Shown here one piece after another: positions 34,188 through 43,129 of a DNA stretch of 64,000 nt (its first letter is position 1; each line of letters opens with the position of its first letter). The notes under the pieces were generated by a model. It was not told the origin of the DNA. It was given only the letters and a program-made list of their open reading frames with translations, and did no database searches. The stretch covers positions 23,340 through 87,339 of the forward strand of contig CAVSIQ010000009.1 in NCBI GenBank assembly GCA_963728085.1, in the 5' to 3' direction. A program made the translations under genes and the position numbers. This DNA is from an uncultured Actinomycetota bacterium. Its GTDB lineage: Bacteria > Actinomycetota > Actinomycetes > Propionibacteriales > Nocardioidaceae.

Positions 34188-35472
34188 GGGTCGCCTCCGA
34201 GCCCGCCGGGCCGCGGCCGGGACGACGGCCCGAGCGGGTGCCCCGATCGCGCCAGTTCTCCGGCAGCAGGTGGTCGAGCAGGTCGTCGACGGTGACCACG
34301 CCGAGCAGGTGCCCGTTCTCGTCGGTCACCGGCGCCGCGACCAGGTTGTAGAAGGCGATGTGGGCCGAGACCTCGTCGATCGAGGCCTCCGGGCGCACGC
34401 TCTCCATCGAGTCGTCCATGGAGCCGGCCACGAGCGTCGAGGGGGGCTCGCGCAGCAGGCGCTGGAGGTGCGCCACGCCCAGGAAGCGGCCGGTGGGCGT
34501 CTCGAGCGGCTGGCGGCACACGTAGACCGCCGCGGCCAGGCTGGGCGTGAGGTCGGGGTTGCGCACCAGGGCCAGCGCGTCGGCCACGGTCGCGTCGGGG
34601 CCCAGGATCACGGCCTCGGGCGTCATCATCGCCCCGGCGGTGTCCTCCACGTAGCTCATCAGCCGGCGCAGGTCCTCGGCCTCCTCGGGCTCCATCAGGT
34701 CCAGCAGCAGCTCGGCGGTCTCGGGGGGCAGCTCGTTGATCAGGTCGGCGGCGTCGTCGGGCGACATCTCCTCCAGGACGTCGGCGGCCCGCTCGGTGTC
34801 GAGGCGCGCGAGGATCTCGATCTGGTCCTCCTCGGCCATCTCCTCCAGCACGTCGGCGAGGCGCTCGTCGTCGAGGGCGGCGACCACCTGGCCGCGCCGC
34901 TCCACGGGCAGGTCGTGCAGCATCGTGGCGGCGTCGGCCGGGCGCATCTCGTTCAGCGCGTGCAGCAGGTGGGTGGTGCCCTGCGCCTCGTCGCGCTGGG
35001 TCAGGCCCTCCACGTCGCGCCACTGCACGACGTGGCTCTGCCCGCGGCGGCGCAGGCCCTTGCCGGGCTCCTGCACCGCGACCCGCGAGAGCACCCAGTC
35101 GCGGTTGCGCTCCTGCTCCATGGCCACGTCGTAGACGCTGCCCCGCACGCCGGTGCTGGTGATGGTGACGGTGTGGTCGAGCATCTGGCCGATCACCAGG
35201 GTCTCGGTGGAGCGCTGCTCGAAGCGGCGCATGTTCAGCAACCCGGTCGTGTAGACCTGGCCCGAGTCGATGTTGGTGACCCGGGTCATCGGCACGAAGA
35301 TCCGGCGGCGCCCGAAGACCTCGGCGACGAGCCCGAGCACGCGGGGCTGGCTGACCTCCGAGCGCAGCGCCACCACGAGGTCGCGGACCTTGCCCACCTG
35401 GTCGCCCTGGGGGTCGAAGATCGGCAGGCCGACCAGGCGGGCGACGTAGACGCGGCTGGGCGTGGTGCTCAC
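34180..35472 (-). CDS. PRC-barrel / MgtE N-terminal / CBS domain protein
   Basis: FDPQGDQVGKVRD, LADVLEEM repeats, TAGAMMT, CBS pair, VTVDDLLDHLLP. Confidence 0.88.
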   Translation of the reverse strand: MSTTPSRVYVARLVGLPIFDPQGDQVGKVRDLVVALRSEVSQPRVLGLVAEVFGRRRIFVPMTRVTNIDSGQVYTTGLLNMRRFEQRSTETLVIGQMLDHTVTITSTGVRGSVYDVAMEQERNRDWVLSRVAVQEPGKGLRRRGQSHVVQWRDVEGLTQRDEAQGTTHLLHALNEMRPADAATMLHDLPVERRGQVVAALDDERLADVLEEMAEEDQIEILARLDTERAADVLEEMSPDDAADLINELPPETAELLLDLMEPEEAEDLRRLMSYVEDTAGAMMTPEAVILGPDATVADALALVRNPDLTPSLAAAVYVCRQPLETPTGRFLGVAHLQRLLREPPSTLVAGSMDDSMESVRPEASIDEVSAHIAFYNLVAAPVTDENGHLLGVVTVDDLLDHLLPENWRDRGTRSGRRPGRGPAGSEATRG

Positions 35473-35671
35473 CGTGGCCTCCTCGGCAGGATCGGGGGCG
35501 GTCTCCCGCGACGGCGCACGACGACGTCGCCGACGCCCCGGACCGGGGACGCCGCCCCCGCAGGCTACTGCCTGCGGCACGGGGCGGGCGCCGGTGAGGT
35601 CCGCCCGACATGCCGCCGGCGTCCGCTCCGCTTCGCCCCACCAGCCCCAGGCGTGACCTAGACTCGACCTC

Positions 35672-36067
35672 ATGTCGACCACCCCTCGCCCGGTCCTCGT
35701 CGCGAGCCTCCTCGCCGCCGCGACCCTGCTCCTGGGGTGCGGCTCCGAGGTCGCCGCGCCCGACGCCGCGTCCTCCAGCGCCTCCAACAGCGCGTCGGCG
35801 AACGCCTCCTCGTCGCCCCAGGGCAACGACGCCCCCGCCTGCTCGGAGGTCTGGGTGGCCGACGCCGATCTGCCGCGCCGCTACGACGGCTGCGTCGAGG
35901 ACGGCGCGTTCATCGCCAAGGACACCCTCGGCTGCTCCTCGGGCCAGCGACTGATCCGCTACGACGACCACTTCTACGCCGTGGCCGGCGGCCTGGTCCG
36001 CCGCACGGAATCGACCCTCGAGGACGATCGCGCGTACCGTGAGGCCGTCGCGATCTGCCGAGGGTGA
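35672..36067 (+). CDS. Small Cys-containing lipoprotein, unknown function
   Basis: Lipobox LLLGC, Ser/Ala linker, four further Cys; TAGACT 7 nt before ATG. Confidence 0.72.
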   Translation: MSTTPRPVLVASLLAAATLLLGCGSEVAAPDAASSSASNSASANASSSPQGNDAPACSEVWVADADLPRRYDGCVEDGAFIAKDTLGCSSGQRLIRYDDHFYAVAGGLVRRTESTLEDDRAYREAVAICRG

Positions 36068-36153
36068 CCCACCACACCCCGGCTGACCACACCTCTGCAC
36101 ACCACGACGTGCCGGTTCGGGGCAGACCCCGTCCTCGGCGCGAAGGGACCCAC

Positions 36154-37458
36154 ATGCTCAAGCGCGCATCCATGGCCGTCGTCCTGGCCGTCCTCCTGAC
36201 CATGCTGGCCGCACCGGCGCACGCGGGGTCCTTCACGCCGGCGCCCGGGCCCACGTTCAACAGCGCGGTCGGCGACGCCGCCGCCAAGCAGGCGATCAAC
36301 CGCAAGATCCTGCGCACCATCGGCTCCACCCCCCGCGGTGCGCTCATCCAGATCATGACCTGGAACTTCCAGTCCTCCGGGGCCACCCGGGCGCTGCTGC
36401 GGGCCCAGCGTCGCGGCGTGCAGGTGCACCTGCTGATGGCGCGCGGCAACCTGACCCGCATCGACAACGCGAGCTTCCGGCGCCTCTCGAGCGGACTCGC
36501 CGCCGGCAACCGTGGGCGGCCGCAGGCGCGGCAGAGCTGGGCCCGCACCTGCCTGCGCTCCTGCCGCGGCCGCGGCGGAGCGGCGCACGCCAAGTACTTC
36601 CTGTTCTCCCGCTCCGGCCGGGCTCGCGACATCGTCATGCAGGGCTCGGCCAACCTGACCACGGCGGCGGCGAACAACCAGTGGAACGACATCATCACCA
36701 CGCGCAACCAGAGCGGCCCGTACCGCTACATGCAGCGGATCTTCACCCAGATGACGCGGGACCGCCCCGTGCGCCCCACCTACAGCGCCGGGAGCTTCGG
36801 CAACCAGAAGCTGATGTTCATGCCGAGCGTGGGCAGGCGCAGCCCGGACCCCGTGATGCGCCTGCTGCGTGGCATCCAGTGCCGCGGGGCCACCAACGTT
36901 CCCGGCGGGCGCACCAGGGTGCGCATCGTGCCCGACGCGGTGCGCGAGGAGCGCGGCCTGCGCCTGGCCCGTCGGGTCCGCGCGCTGTGGGACGCCGGCT
37001 GCGACGTCAAGGTCGGCTACACCCTGATGGGTCGCCGGATCGGCCGGATGCTGACCGCGAGCGGCGGCCGGGGCCCGGTCCCGCTGCGCCACCTGGTGCA
37101 GGACCGCGACGGCGACGGGGAGTTCGACAACTACTTCCACATGAAGGCGATGACCGTCGTCGGCCGGGTCGGCGCGCAGCGCGGCGCCTACGTGCTGCTC
37201 AACGGTTCCGCGAACTGGTCGAGCTCGGCGATCCGCTCCGACGAGAACCTCGGCCAGTACCGCAGCAAGGCACTGACGCTGCGCTACCAGGAGCACATCG
37301 ACTACTGGTTCGACAACGTCTCCTCGGCCACCTTCTCGCGGCGCTCCGTGCTCGGCCGTCAGGCGCTGGTCTCGGGTCGCCTCAGCGACGACGGCCTGCT
37401 GTTCGGCACCGGGCCGGTCAACGGCGTCGACCCGTACGCGAACGTCGAGAAGGACTGA
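36154..37458 (+). CDS. Secreted phospholipase D-like (two HxK domains) protein
   Basis: Signal peptide ending AHA; HAKYFLFS..QGSANLT and HMKAMTV..NGSANWS..DEN. Confidence 0.82.
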   Translation: MLKRASMAVVLAVLLTMLAAPAHAGSFTPAPGPTFNSAVGDAAAKQAINRKILRTIGSTPRGALIQIMTWNFQSSGATRALLRAQRRGVQVHLLMARGNLTRIDNASFRRLSSGLAAGNRGRPQARQSWARTCLRSCRGRGGAAHAKYFLFSRSGRARDIVMQGSANLTTAAANNQWNDIITTRNQSGPYRYMQRIFTQMTRDRPVRPTYSAGSFGNQKLMFMPSVGRRSPDPVMRLLRGIQCRGATNVPGGRTRVRIVPDAVREERGLRLARRVRALWDAGCDVKVGYTLMGRRIGRMLTASGGRGPVPLRHLVQDRDGDGEFDNYFHMKAMTVVGRVGAQRGAYVLLNGSANWSSSAIRSDENLGQYRSKALTLRYQEHIDYWFDNVSSATFSRRSVLGRQALVSGRLSDDGLLFGTGPVNGVDPYANVEKD

Positions 37459-37461
37459 GGC

Positions 37462-39004
37462 GTGGCCCGCCGGTGCCGCGTCCACGAGGTCGACCGCAGC
37501 GGGATCACGCTGAGCGTGCCCGGCGAGGCCGCGCTCGACGTCCTCTTCGACGGCCGACGGGTCTGGTCCGTGCGGGTGCCCCGGGACACCAGCCCGGGTC
37601 GGTCTGCGACGCCGCCACGCCGCGTGGCCGGTCTCGATGCGGCGCTACCTCGACGGCCGCACGCGCCTCGCGGTGCGCGACTCGGTGAGCCACGAGGTGC
37701 TGCACGAGGAGGAGGTCTCGATCGGGACCTCCGGCGAGCGGATCCGTCTGGTCAACCTGGACGGGATCGAGCTCGGCGTCGACAAGTCGGGCGGCGCTGG
37801 TGCCCACCTTCGAGACCCGGCCCCCCGAGGACATCGCCGCCCTGCTGCGACGCCACGGGTGCGGTGCTCTCGCAGCCTGCAGACGGCGGGCGCGCGGCCG
37901 TTCGTCGCCTACGGGACGCTGCTGGGCGCGGTCCGCGAGGGCGCCGTCATCGGGCACGACTCCGACGCCGACCTGGGCTACGTCAGCACGCCTCCACGCC
38001 CGGTCGACGTGATCCGCGAGTCCTTCCAGCTGCAGCGCGAGGCTGGGCCGCTCGGGCTGCCGACGGTGCGCTACAGCGGGGCGGCGTTCAAGGTCCTGGT
38101 GACGCGAGGCCGAGGCGTCGAACGCGGTCTCGACGTGTTCGGTGGGTTCTTCGACGACGGCCGGCTCTACCTGATGGGCGAGGTCGGCACCGACTTCGAG
38201 CGGGAGTGGATCTACCCCCTCGGCACCGCCTCCCTCGGGGGCGCCGATGCCGGTGCCCGCGCGAGCCCGAGCAGCTGCTCGAGGCGATGTACGGTCCGCA
38301 GCTGGCGGGTGCCCGACCCGGCGTTCCAGTTCTCCACCCCCGCAGCGCACCAGCGTGCCCTCGACGACTGGTTCCGCGGCCTGCGGCCGACCGTCCGCTA
38401 CTGGGACCGCCGGAGTCGACGCGCCAGGTCAAGCCGCCCGAGCGTGGTGGGCTGGTGCTCGCCGAGCGGGCCGCCGCTGACGCGCTCGCGGCCTCCGCGA
38501 CGGTGCTCGACGTCGGCGCCGGCGCGCGGGCCCGACAGCCTCTGGCTGGCCCGCCAGGGCATCCCGGTCGCGGCCTACGACTACGTCACCCTCCCGCTGG
38601 ACGATCCGATGCGCGAGGTCGCGGAGCGAGCAGCTGCCGCTCGAGGTGCGCACCCTGAACCTCGCCGACTGGCGCTCGTGCTCGCCGAGGCGACCCGCCT
38701 GGCCCACACGCCGCGACCGCGCATCGTGCTGGCCACCACGTGATCGACGCGCGTCGGCCGAGCGCGCGATCGAGGGCCTCGCCCGGCTCTGCTCGATGGT
38801 GCTGCGCGAGGGCGGGCGCTCTCGGCGAGACCTACGTCGACGCCGACGACCCGCGACTTCGAGTGGTCGCTGGCGTCGGGTGGACGTCCCGGCGCTGGTC
38901 CGGGCTACCTGCTGCGCAGGCAGGGAGCCCACGCGGTCGAGATCGAGCGCATCGCCCGGGACGGCGGCGCCCGACGGTGCGCCTGGTGGGAAGTGGGTCC
39001 GTGA
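37462..39004 (+). CDS. LicD-family nucleotidyltransferase fused to a class I SAM methyltransferase-like domain (frameshifted)
   Basis: FVAYGTLLGAVREG.VIGHDSDADLGY, LDVF, IYPL, LL.AMYG..WRVPDP; later VLDVGAG..DSLWLARQG.PVAAYDY. Confidence 0.72.
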
Positions 39005-39223
39005 ACGTGAAGCAGATCGTGCCGTCGCGCCGCGGCTCCGAGGACCTCGAGGCGCTGCGCGCCCGGATCGCCGACCTCGAGGCGGAGGTCAGCCGAGATG
39101 CGCCGCCACCACCTGCGCCTCGCCGAGCTGACCGACGTCGTCCAGGAGCTGCTGGTGCCGCTGGCCTCGCGCGACGAGGACCGGATCGACGAGGCGATCG
39201 CGACCTTCACCAGAGTCCTGTAG
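39001..39223 (+). CDS. Small coiled-coil protein (DUF6752-like; frameshifted)
   Basis: LEALRARIADLEAEV..RRHHLRLAELTDVVQELLVPLA. Confidence 0.6.
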
Positions 39224-40416
39224 TGGTCGACCGCGTCCTGGTCCACCTCGGCCTGCCGAAGACGGCCACGTCCTACCTGCAGACCATCCTGTGGAGCAAC
39301 CGGGACCGGCTGCGCGCATCCGGCGTGATGGTGCCGGGCACCGAGCGGCGCGACCACCTCTGGGCGTCGCCGCGACGGTCCGCGAGGACCATCACCAGGA
39401 CAGCGCGCCCCGAGCGGCACCGCACGGCCTGGGCCCGGTCTGCGCCAGGAGCTCGCCGAGGCGCCCGGCACCGGGCTGATCAGCCACGAGTTCTTCTCCT
39501 CCGCCTCGGCCGAGCAGGCGGACGGCCATGGTCGAGGCGCTGGCGCCCGCCGAGGTGCACCTCGTCGTGACCGCCCGTGAGCCGCTCGGCCTGTTCACCG
39601 CGAGCTGGCAGGAGAGCCTGAAGAACGGCTCCACGACGCCGATGCGCCGAGTACGCCCGGGGCGTCTCGCCGAACCCTCGGCGATCTGGAACTGGCGCAC
39701 CCTCGACCTTCGGCTGGTGCTGCGAGCGGTGGGCGCCGCGGTGCCCGACCGAGCGCGTCCACGTGCTCGTCCTGGACCCGGGCGCCGCGCGGGAGGACGT
39801 CTGGCACCGCTTCGCCGGCGTGGTGGGCGTTCGAGCCCGACGGGCATCGACCTGTCGCAGCTCGTTCCCGAACTCCTCCATGGGCGTCGCCGAGGCCGAG
39901 ACGCTGCGGCGGGTCAACGCGCCGCTCGCCAGGGCTTCACCCAGCGCCTTCGACAAGGGCGTCTACCTGCGCACCTTCCTGGCCGACGAGCGGCTGGTGC
40001 CCCGCGGCGGCGAGCGGTTCTGGCCCGACGCCGACCAGATCGAGGAGTGCCGCGAGCGTGGTCGGCGCACCGTGCAGCACCTGCGGGCGGGCGGCTACGA
40101 CGTCGTCCGGCTCGCTGGAGCACCTCCTGGTGCCCGACGAGCTCGAGCCGCGCCGCCGCCCGGCCTCGGTCGAGGACGCCGAGGTGGCCGAGGTCGCGGT
40201 CGCCCTGGCCGCGAGGATGCTCGGCGACGTGCGCGACCTGCGGCGCGAGGTCGCCGACCTGCGACGCGAGGTCGCCGACTGCGGGGGCCCGCCGGGGTGT
40301 CGCAGGCCGGGGCCTCGTCGAGCGCCGCGCCGGCCGGGGGCGGGGACGCGTCGCCCGGCGCGGGCGTCGCACACCGCGTGGCGCGCGGCCTGAGGCGCCG
40401 ACTGCCGGGGTCCTAG
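39223..40416 (+). CDS. P-loop sulfotransferase-like protein #1 (frameshifted; end approximate)
   Basis: VHLGLPKTATSYLQ, ISHEFF, VTAREPLGLFTASWQESLK, NSSMG; C-terminal heptads. Confidence 0.72.
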
Positions 40417-41543
40417 GCCCCAGAGCCCCCGGCGCGCGAGCCGGGCAGCCGCCCGCGCAGCCGACCCAGCACGCCCGCCTGCGAGGAGGCTCCCGCGTCG
40501 GCGGAGGTCTCCGCGTGCCCGGTGCCGGCCGGTCCACGCTCGCCCCCGCCGTGGTTGACGTGGAACGGGTGCTTGGGCGCGTGGCGCAGCTCCTCGAGTC
40601 GCGCCGCCAGGCGCTCGCGGCTCGAGGCCGAGAGCGCCGCGGGGGAGTGCCGGCCCTCGCGGGGGTCGACGCGCTCGAGGAGGCCGAGATCGTGCAGGGT
40701 CGCGACGTCGTCCTCGGTGGTCCGCTCGTAGACCCGCCGCAGGTGGGTCTCGACCACGCCCGGCGCCAGGTCCTTGGCGACCAGCGTGCGCAGCGCCCGC
40801 ACCATGGGCTCCCGGTCGGCGCGCAGCGCGAGCGGGCCGGCTGCGACCATGGCGCGCCACTTGCGCACGAACTCCTCGCCGGAGACCGCGTCGTAGTGCA
40901 GCACCCGCATCCCCGGCGCGGTGTGCCGCTGCTCGCGGGCCACCCGCCGGCCTGCGGCGTCGACGGGGTCGTGCAGGGTCAGTCGCAGCCCCGAGCGTGG
41001 GCGGACGCCGGACTTGCCGAGCACATGGCCGTGGAAGTACGCCTGGTTGGTGGGGGCGGGGACGACCCCGAGGACGTGGAGCAGGACGAGATCGTCCTCG
41101 CCGAGCAGCGGCTTGAACAGCACCGGCGGCTCCGCGACGTGGAAGCGGCTGACGGCCTCCAGCGGTGGCAGCCAGATCGCGTCCGCGTCCGCGGGCACCG
41201 CGGCCAGGGCGTCACGGTCCACCGCGGCCACCTCGTCACCGTCGAGGTGGACCACCCACGCGACCTCCGGCAGCGGCTCCACCAGGGCCAGCGTGAGGTT
41301 GGCGTGGATGCGCTGGCGCACGTTGAGCTGGCGGGGCCGACGGCCGCGCCACCAGGCGTCGTCGGTGCGGACGCAGGTCACGTGGGGGTGGGCCTCGAGG
41401 TCGGCGGCGACCTCGTCCTGGCCCGGCGCGGCGGGGTCGTCGAGGAACACCACGAGGTGGTCCACGCCCATCGCGAGGTTGCCGGCCACGAAGCGCCGGA
41501 CGTTCTCGGGCGTGTCCAGGACGGTGCTCGCCGTGATCAGCAT
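40413..41543 (-). CDS. GT2-like (Glyco_tranf_2_4 type) glycosyltransferase
   Basis: GVDHLVVFLDD, RQ..HAN, WVVHLDGDE, GKSGVR, VLHYD. Confidence 0.8.
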   Translation of the reverse strand: MLITASTVLDTPENVRRFVAGNLAMGVDHLVVFLDDPAAPGQDEVAADLEAHPHVTCVRTDDAWWRGRRPRQLNVRQRIHANLTLALVEPLPEVAWVVHLDGDEVAAVDRDALAAVPADADAIWLPPLEAVSRFHVAEPPVLFKPLLGEDDLVLLHVLGVVPAPTNQAYFHGHVLGKSGVRPRSGLRLTLHDPVDAAGRRVAREQRHTAPGMRVLHYDAVSGEEFVRKWRAMVAAGPLALRADREPMVRALRTLVAKDLAPGVVETHLRRVYERTTEDDVATLHDLGLLERVDPREGRHSPAALSASSRERLAARLEELRHAPKHPFHVNHGGGERGPAGTGHAETSADAGASSQAGVLGRLRGRLPGSRAGGSGA

Positions 41544-41625
41544 GCGCGCAGGCTAGCGGCCCGGCCGGCCACGGCCTGAGGCGAAAGCCCCTCGGGCGGG
41601 CCCGATCGCCAGTAGCGTCGCGCCG

Positions 41626-42969
41626 GTGTCCGACCCCCACCCCCCCGTGACCGGCCCCGACGCCCCGCCCCCCTCCCGGGTGCCCGCGACGACCGGCGGC
41701 CCTCCCGCCGACGCGCCGGCCGGCCCCGCGGCGACCTCCCCGGCGGCCCAGGGAGCGCTCCCGACGGTGATCGCGAGCCTGGGCCTGGCCGTGCTGACCA
41801 CCCTCGGCGTCGTGGCCCTCCAGCTGCCCTCGACGAGCGCGCCGTCCCCGACCCCGCCGACCTGGGCCGCCGCGAGCACCACGGGTCTCGTCGCGACGCC
41901 GAACGACTCCGCCTCCCTGGAGCCGGCCCCGACGAGGGCCGTCCTGCAGGTGGGCCCGCGCCGGGCGCCGCTGCAGCCCGAACCCGTGACGGCCCCGGCC
42001 CCGGCCGCAGCGCCGGTGGCGGGCGTGGCGAGCCAGGCGGCGCCCGACGGCGCCGCGGCACCCGCGTCGGTACCCGCACCGGCCCCGGCGCCCGCCGCCG
42101 GAGCGTCCCTCGCCCCCTCGCTCGCGCCCGACGCCGCACTGCCCGCGCCCGCGGCCGCCCCGGCCCCCGCGCCGACGGCCGCGCCCGCGCCCACCGCGCA
42201 GGACCCGGACGCGGCGGGCGCCGGTCGGACCGGGGCCGCCGTGTCGTTCACCGTGGGGTCCTTCAACGTGCTCGGAAGTCAGCACAGCCGGCCGGGGGGG
42301 CAGAAGCCCGGTTACCCGCCGGCCTCGCTGCGCTCGCCGCGCGCGGCGGCGCTGATGAGGAGCCACGGCGTGGACATCGTCGGCACCCAGGAGCTGCAGG
42401 ACGACCAGCTGCGCGCCGTGCGCGCCGCCACCGGCATGGCCGCCTACCCCGGGATGGCCTGGGGCCGGGCCGAGACCGACAACTCGGTCCTGTGGGACCC
42501 CGACGTCTTCGAGCTCGTCTCCGGCCGCCGGTTCACGATCACCTTCGTGGGCCGCTCCCGGCCCCAGCCGGTGGTGCGGCTGCGGCACCGGGCCAGCGGC
42601 CAGGAGCTCTACGTCGTCAACACCCACCCCTCGCCCGGGACGGGCGCGGCGTTGCGCGAACGACGCCGCGCCCAGGCCGCGACGGTGCGCCTGGTGCGCT
42701 CGCTGCGGGCCGAGGGCCTGCCGGTGCTGGTCACCGGCGACATGAACGACCGCGAGGAGTTCTTCTGCCGCGTGGTGCGCCCCGCCGGCCTGCGCGCCGC
42801 CAACGGCGGCTCCACCGCGGGCGGGTGCCGACCCCCGGACAGGCCCGTCGCGGTGGACTGGGTGGCCGGCAGCGGGGTGCGGTTCAGCGACTACGTGCGC
42901 GACACCTCGCCCGTCGAGCGCCGGGTGAGCGACCACTTCTTCGTCAGCGCACGCGCCTCGGTGGTCTGA
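41626..42969 (+). CDS. Membrane-anchored endonuclease/exonuclease/phosphatase (EEP) protein with Pro/Ala linker
   Basis: TM, PA-rich linker, SFNVLG, GTQE, VNTH, TGDMN, VDWV, SDH all intact. Confidence 0.85.
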   Translation: MSDPHPPVTGPDAPPPSRVPATTGGPPADAPAGPAATSPAAQGALPTVIASLGLAVLTTLGVVALQLPSTSAPSPTPPTWAAASTTGLVATPNDSASLEPAPTRAVLQVGPRRAPLQPEPVTAPAPAAAPVAGVASQAAPDGAAAPASVPAPAPAPAAGASLAPSLAPDAALPAPAAAPAPAPTAAPAPTAQDPDAAGAGRTGAAVSFTVGSFNVLGSQHSRPGGQKPGYPPASLRSPRAAALMRSHGVDIVGTQELQDDQLRAVRAATGMAAYPGMAWGRAETDNSVLWDPDVFELVSGRRFTITFVGRSRPQPVVRLRHRASGQELYVVNTHPSPGTGAALRERRRAQAATVRLVRSLRAEGLPVLVTGDMNDREEFFCRVVRPAGLRAANGGSTAGGCRPPDRPVAVDWVAGSGVRFSDYVRDTSPVERRVSDHFFVSARASVV

Positions 42970-43129
42970 CGCGGTCCAGAACGGGCCCAGCCCTCTAGAC
43001 AGGTTCCCGCTGATAGGGAAAGTTACGCACCTGATCTTCACGGGAACCGGTGCTGGTTGGCGTGACCTGCTGGTGTGATGTCGGGGACCGGACACCTCGG
43101 TGCCCGAGACAACTCCAAGGAGCCCCCCG

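Noticed and set aside
35473-35660. M-box/Mg riboswitch upstream of the MgtE-like gene
   Set aside because: Only GC-rich hairpins (e.g. ccgcaggc-tact-gcctgcgg, overlapping a TAGCCT -10). No recognisable M-box blocks.
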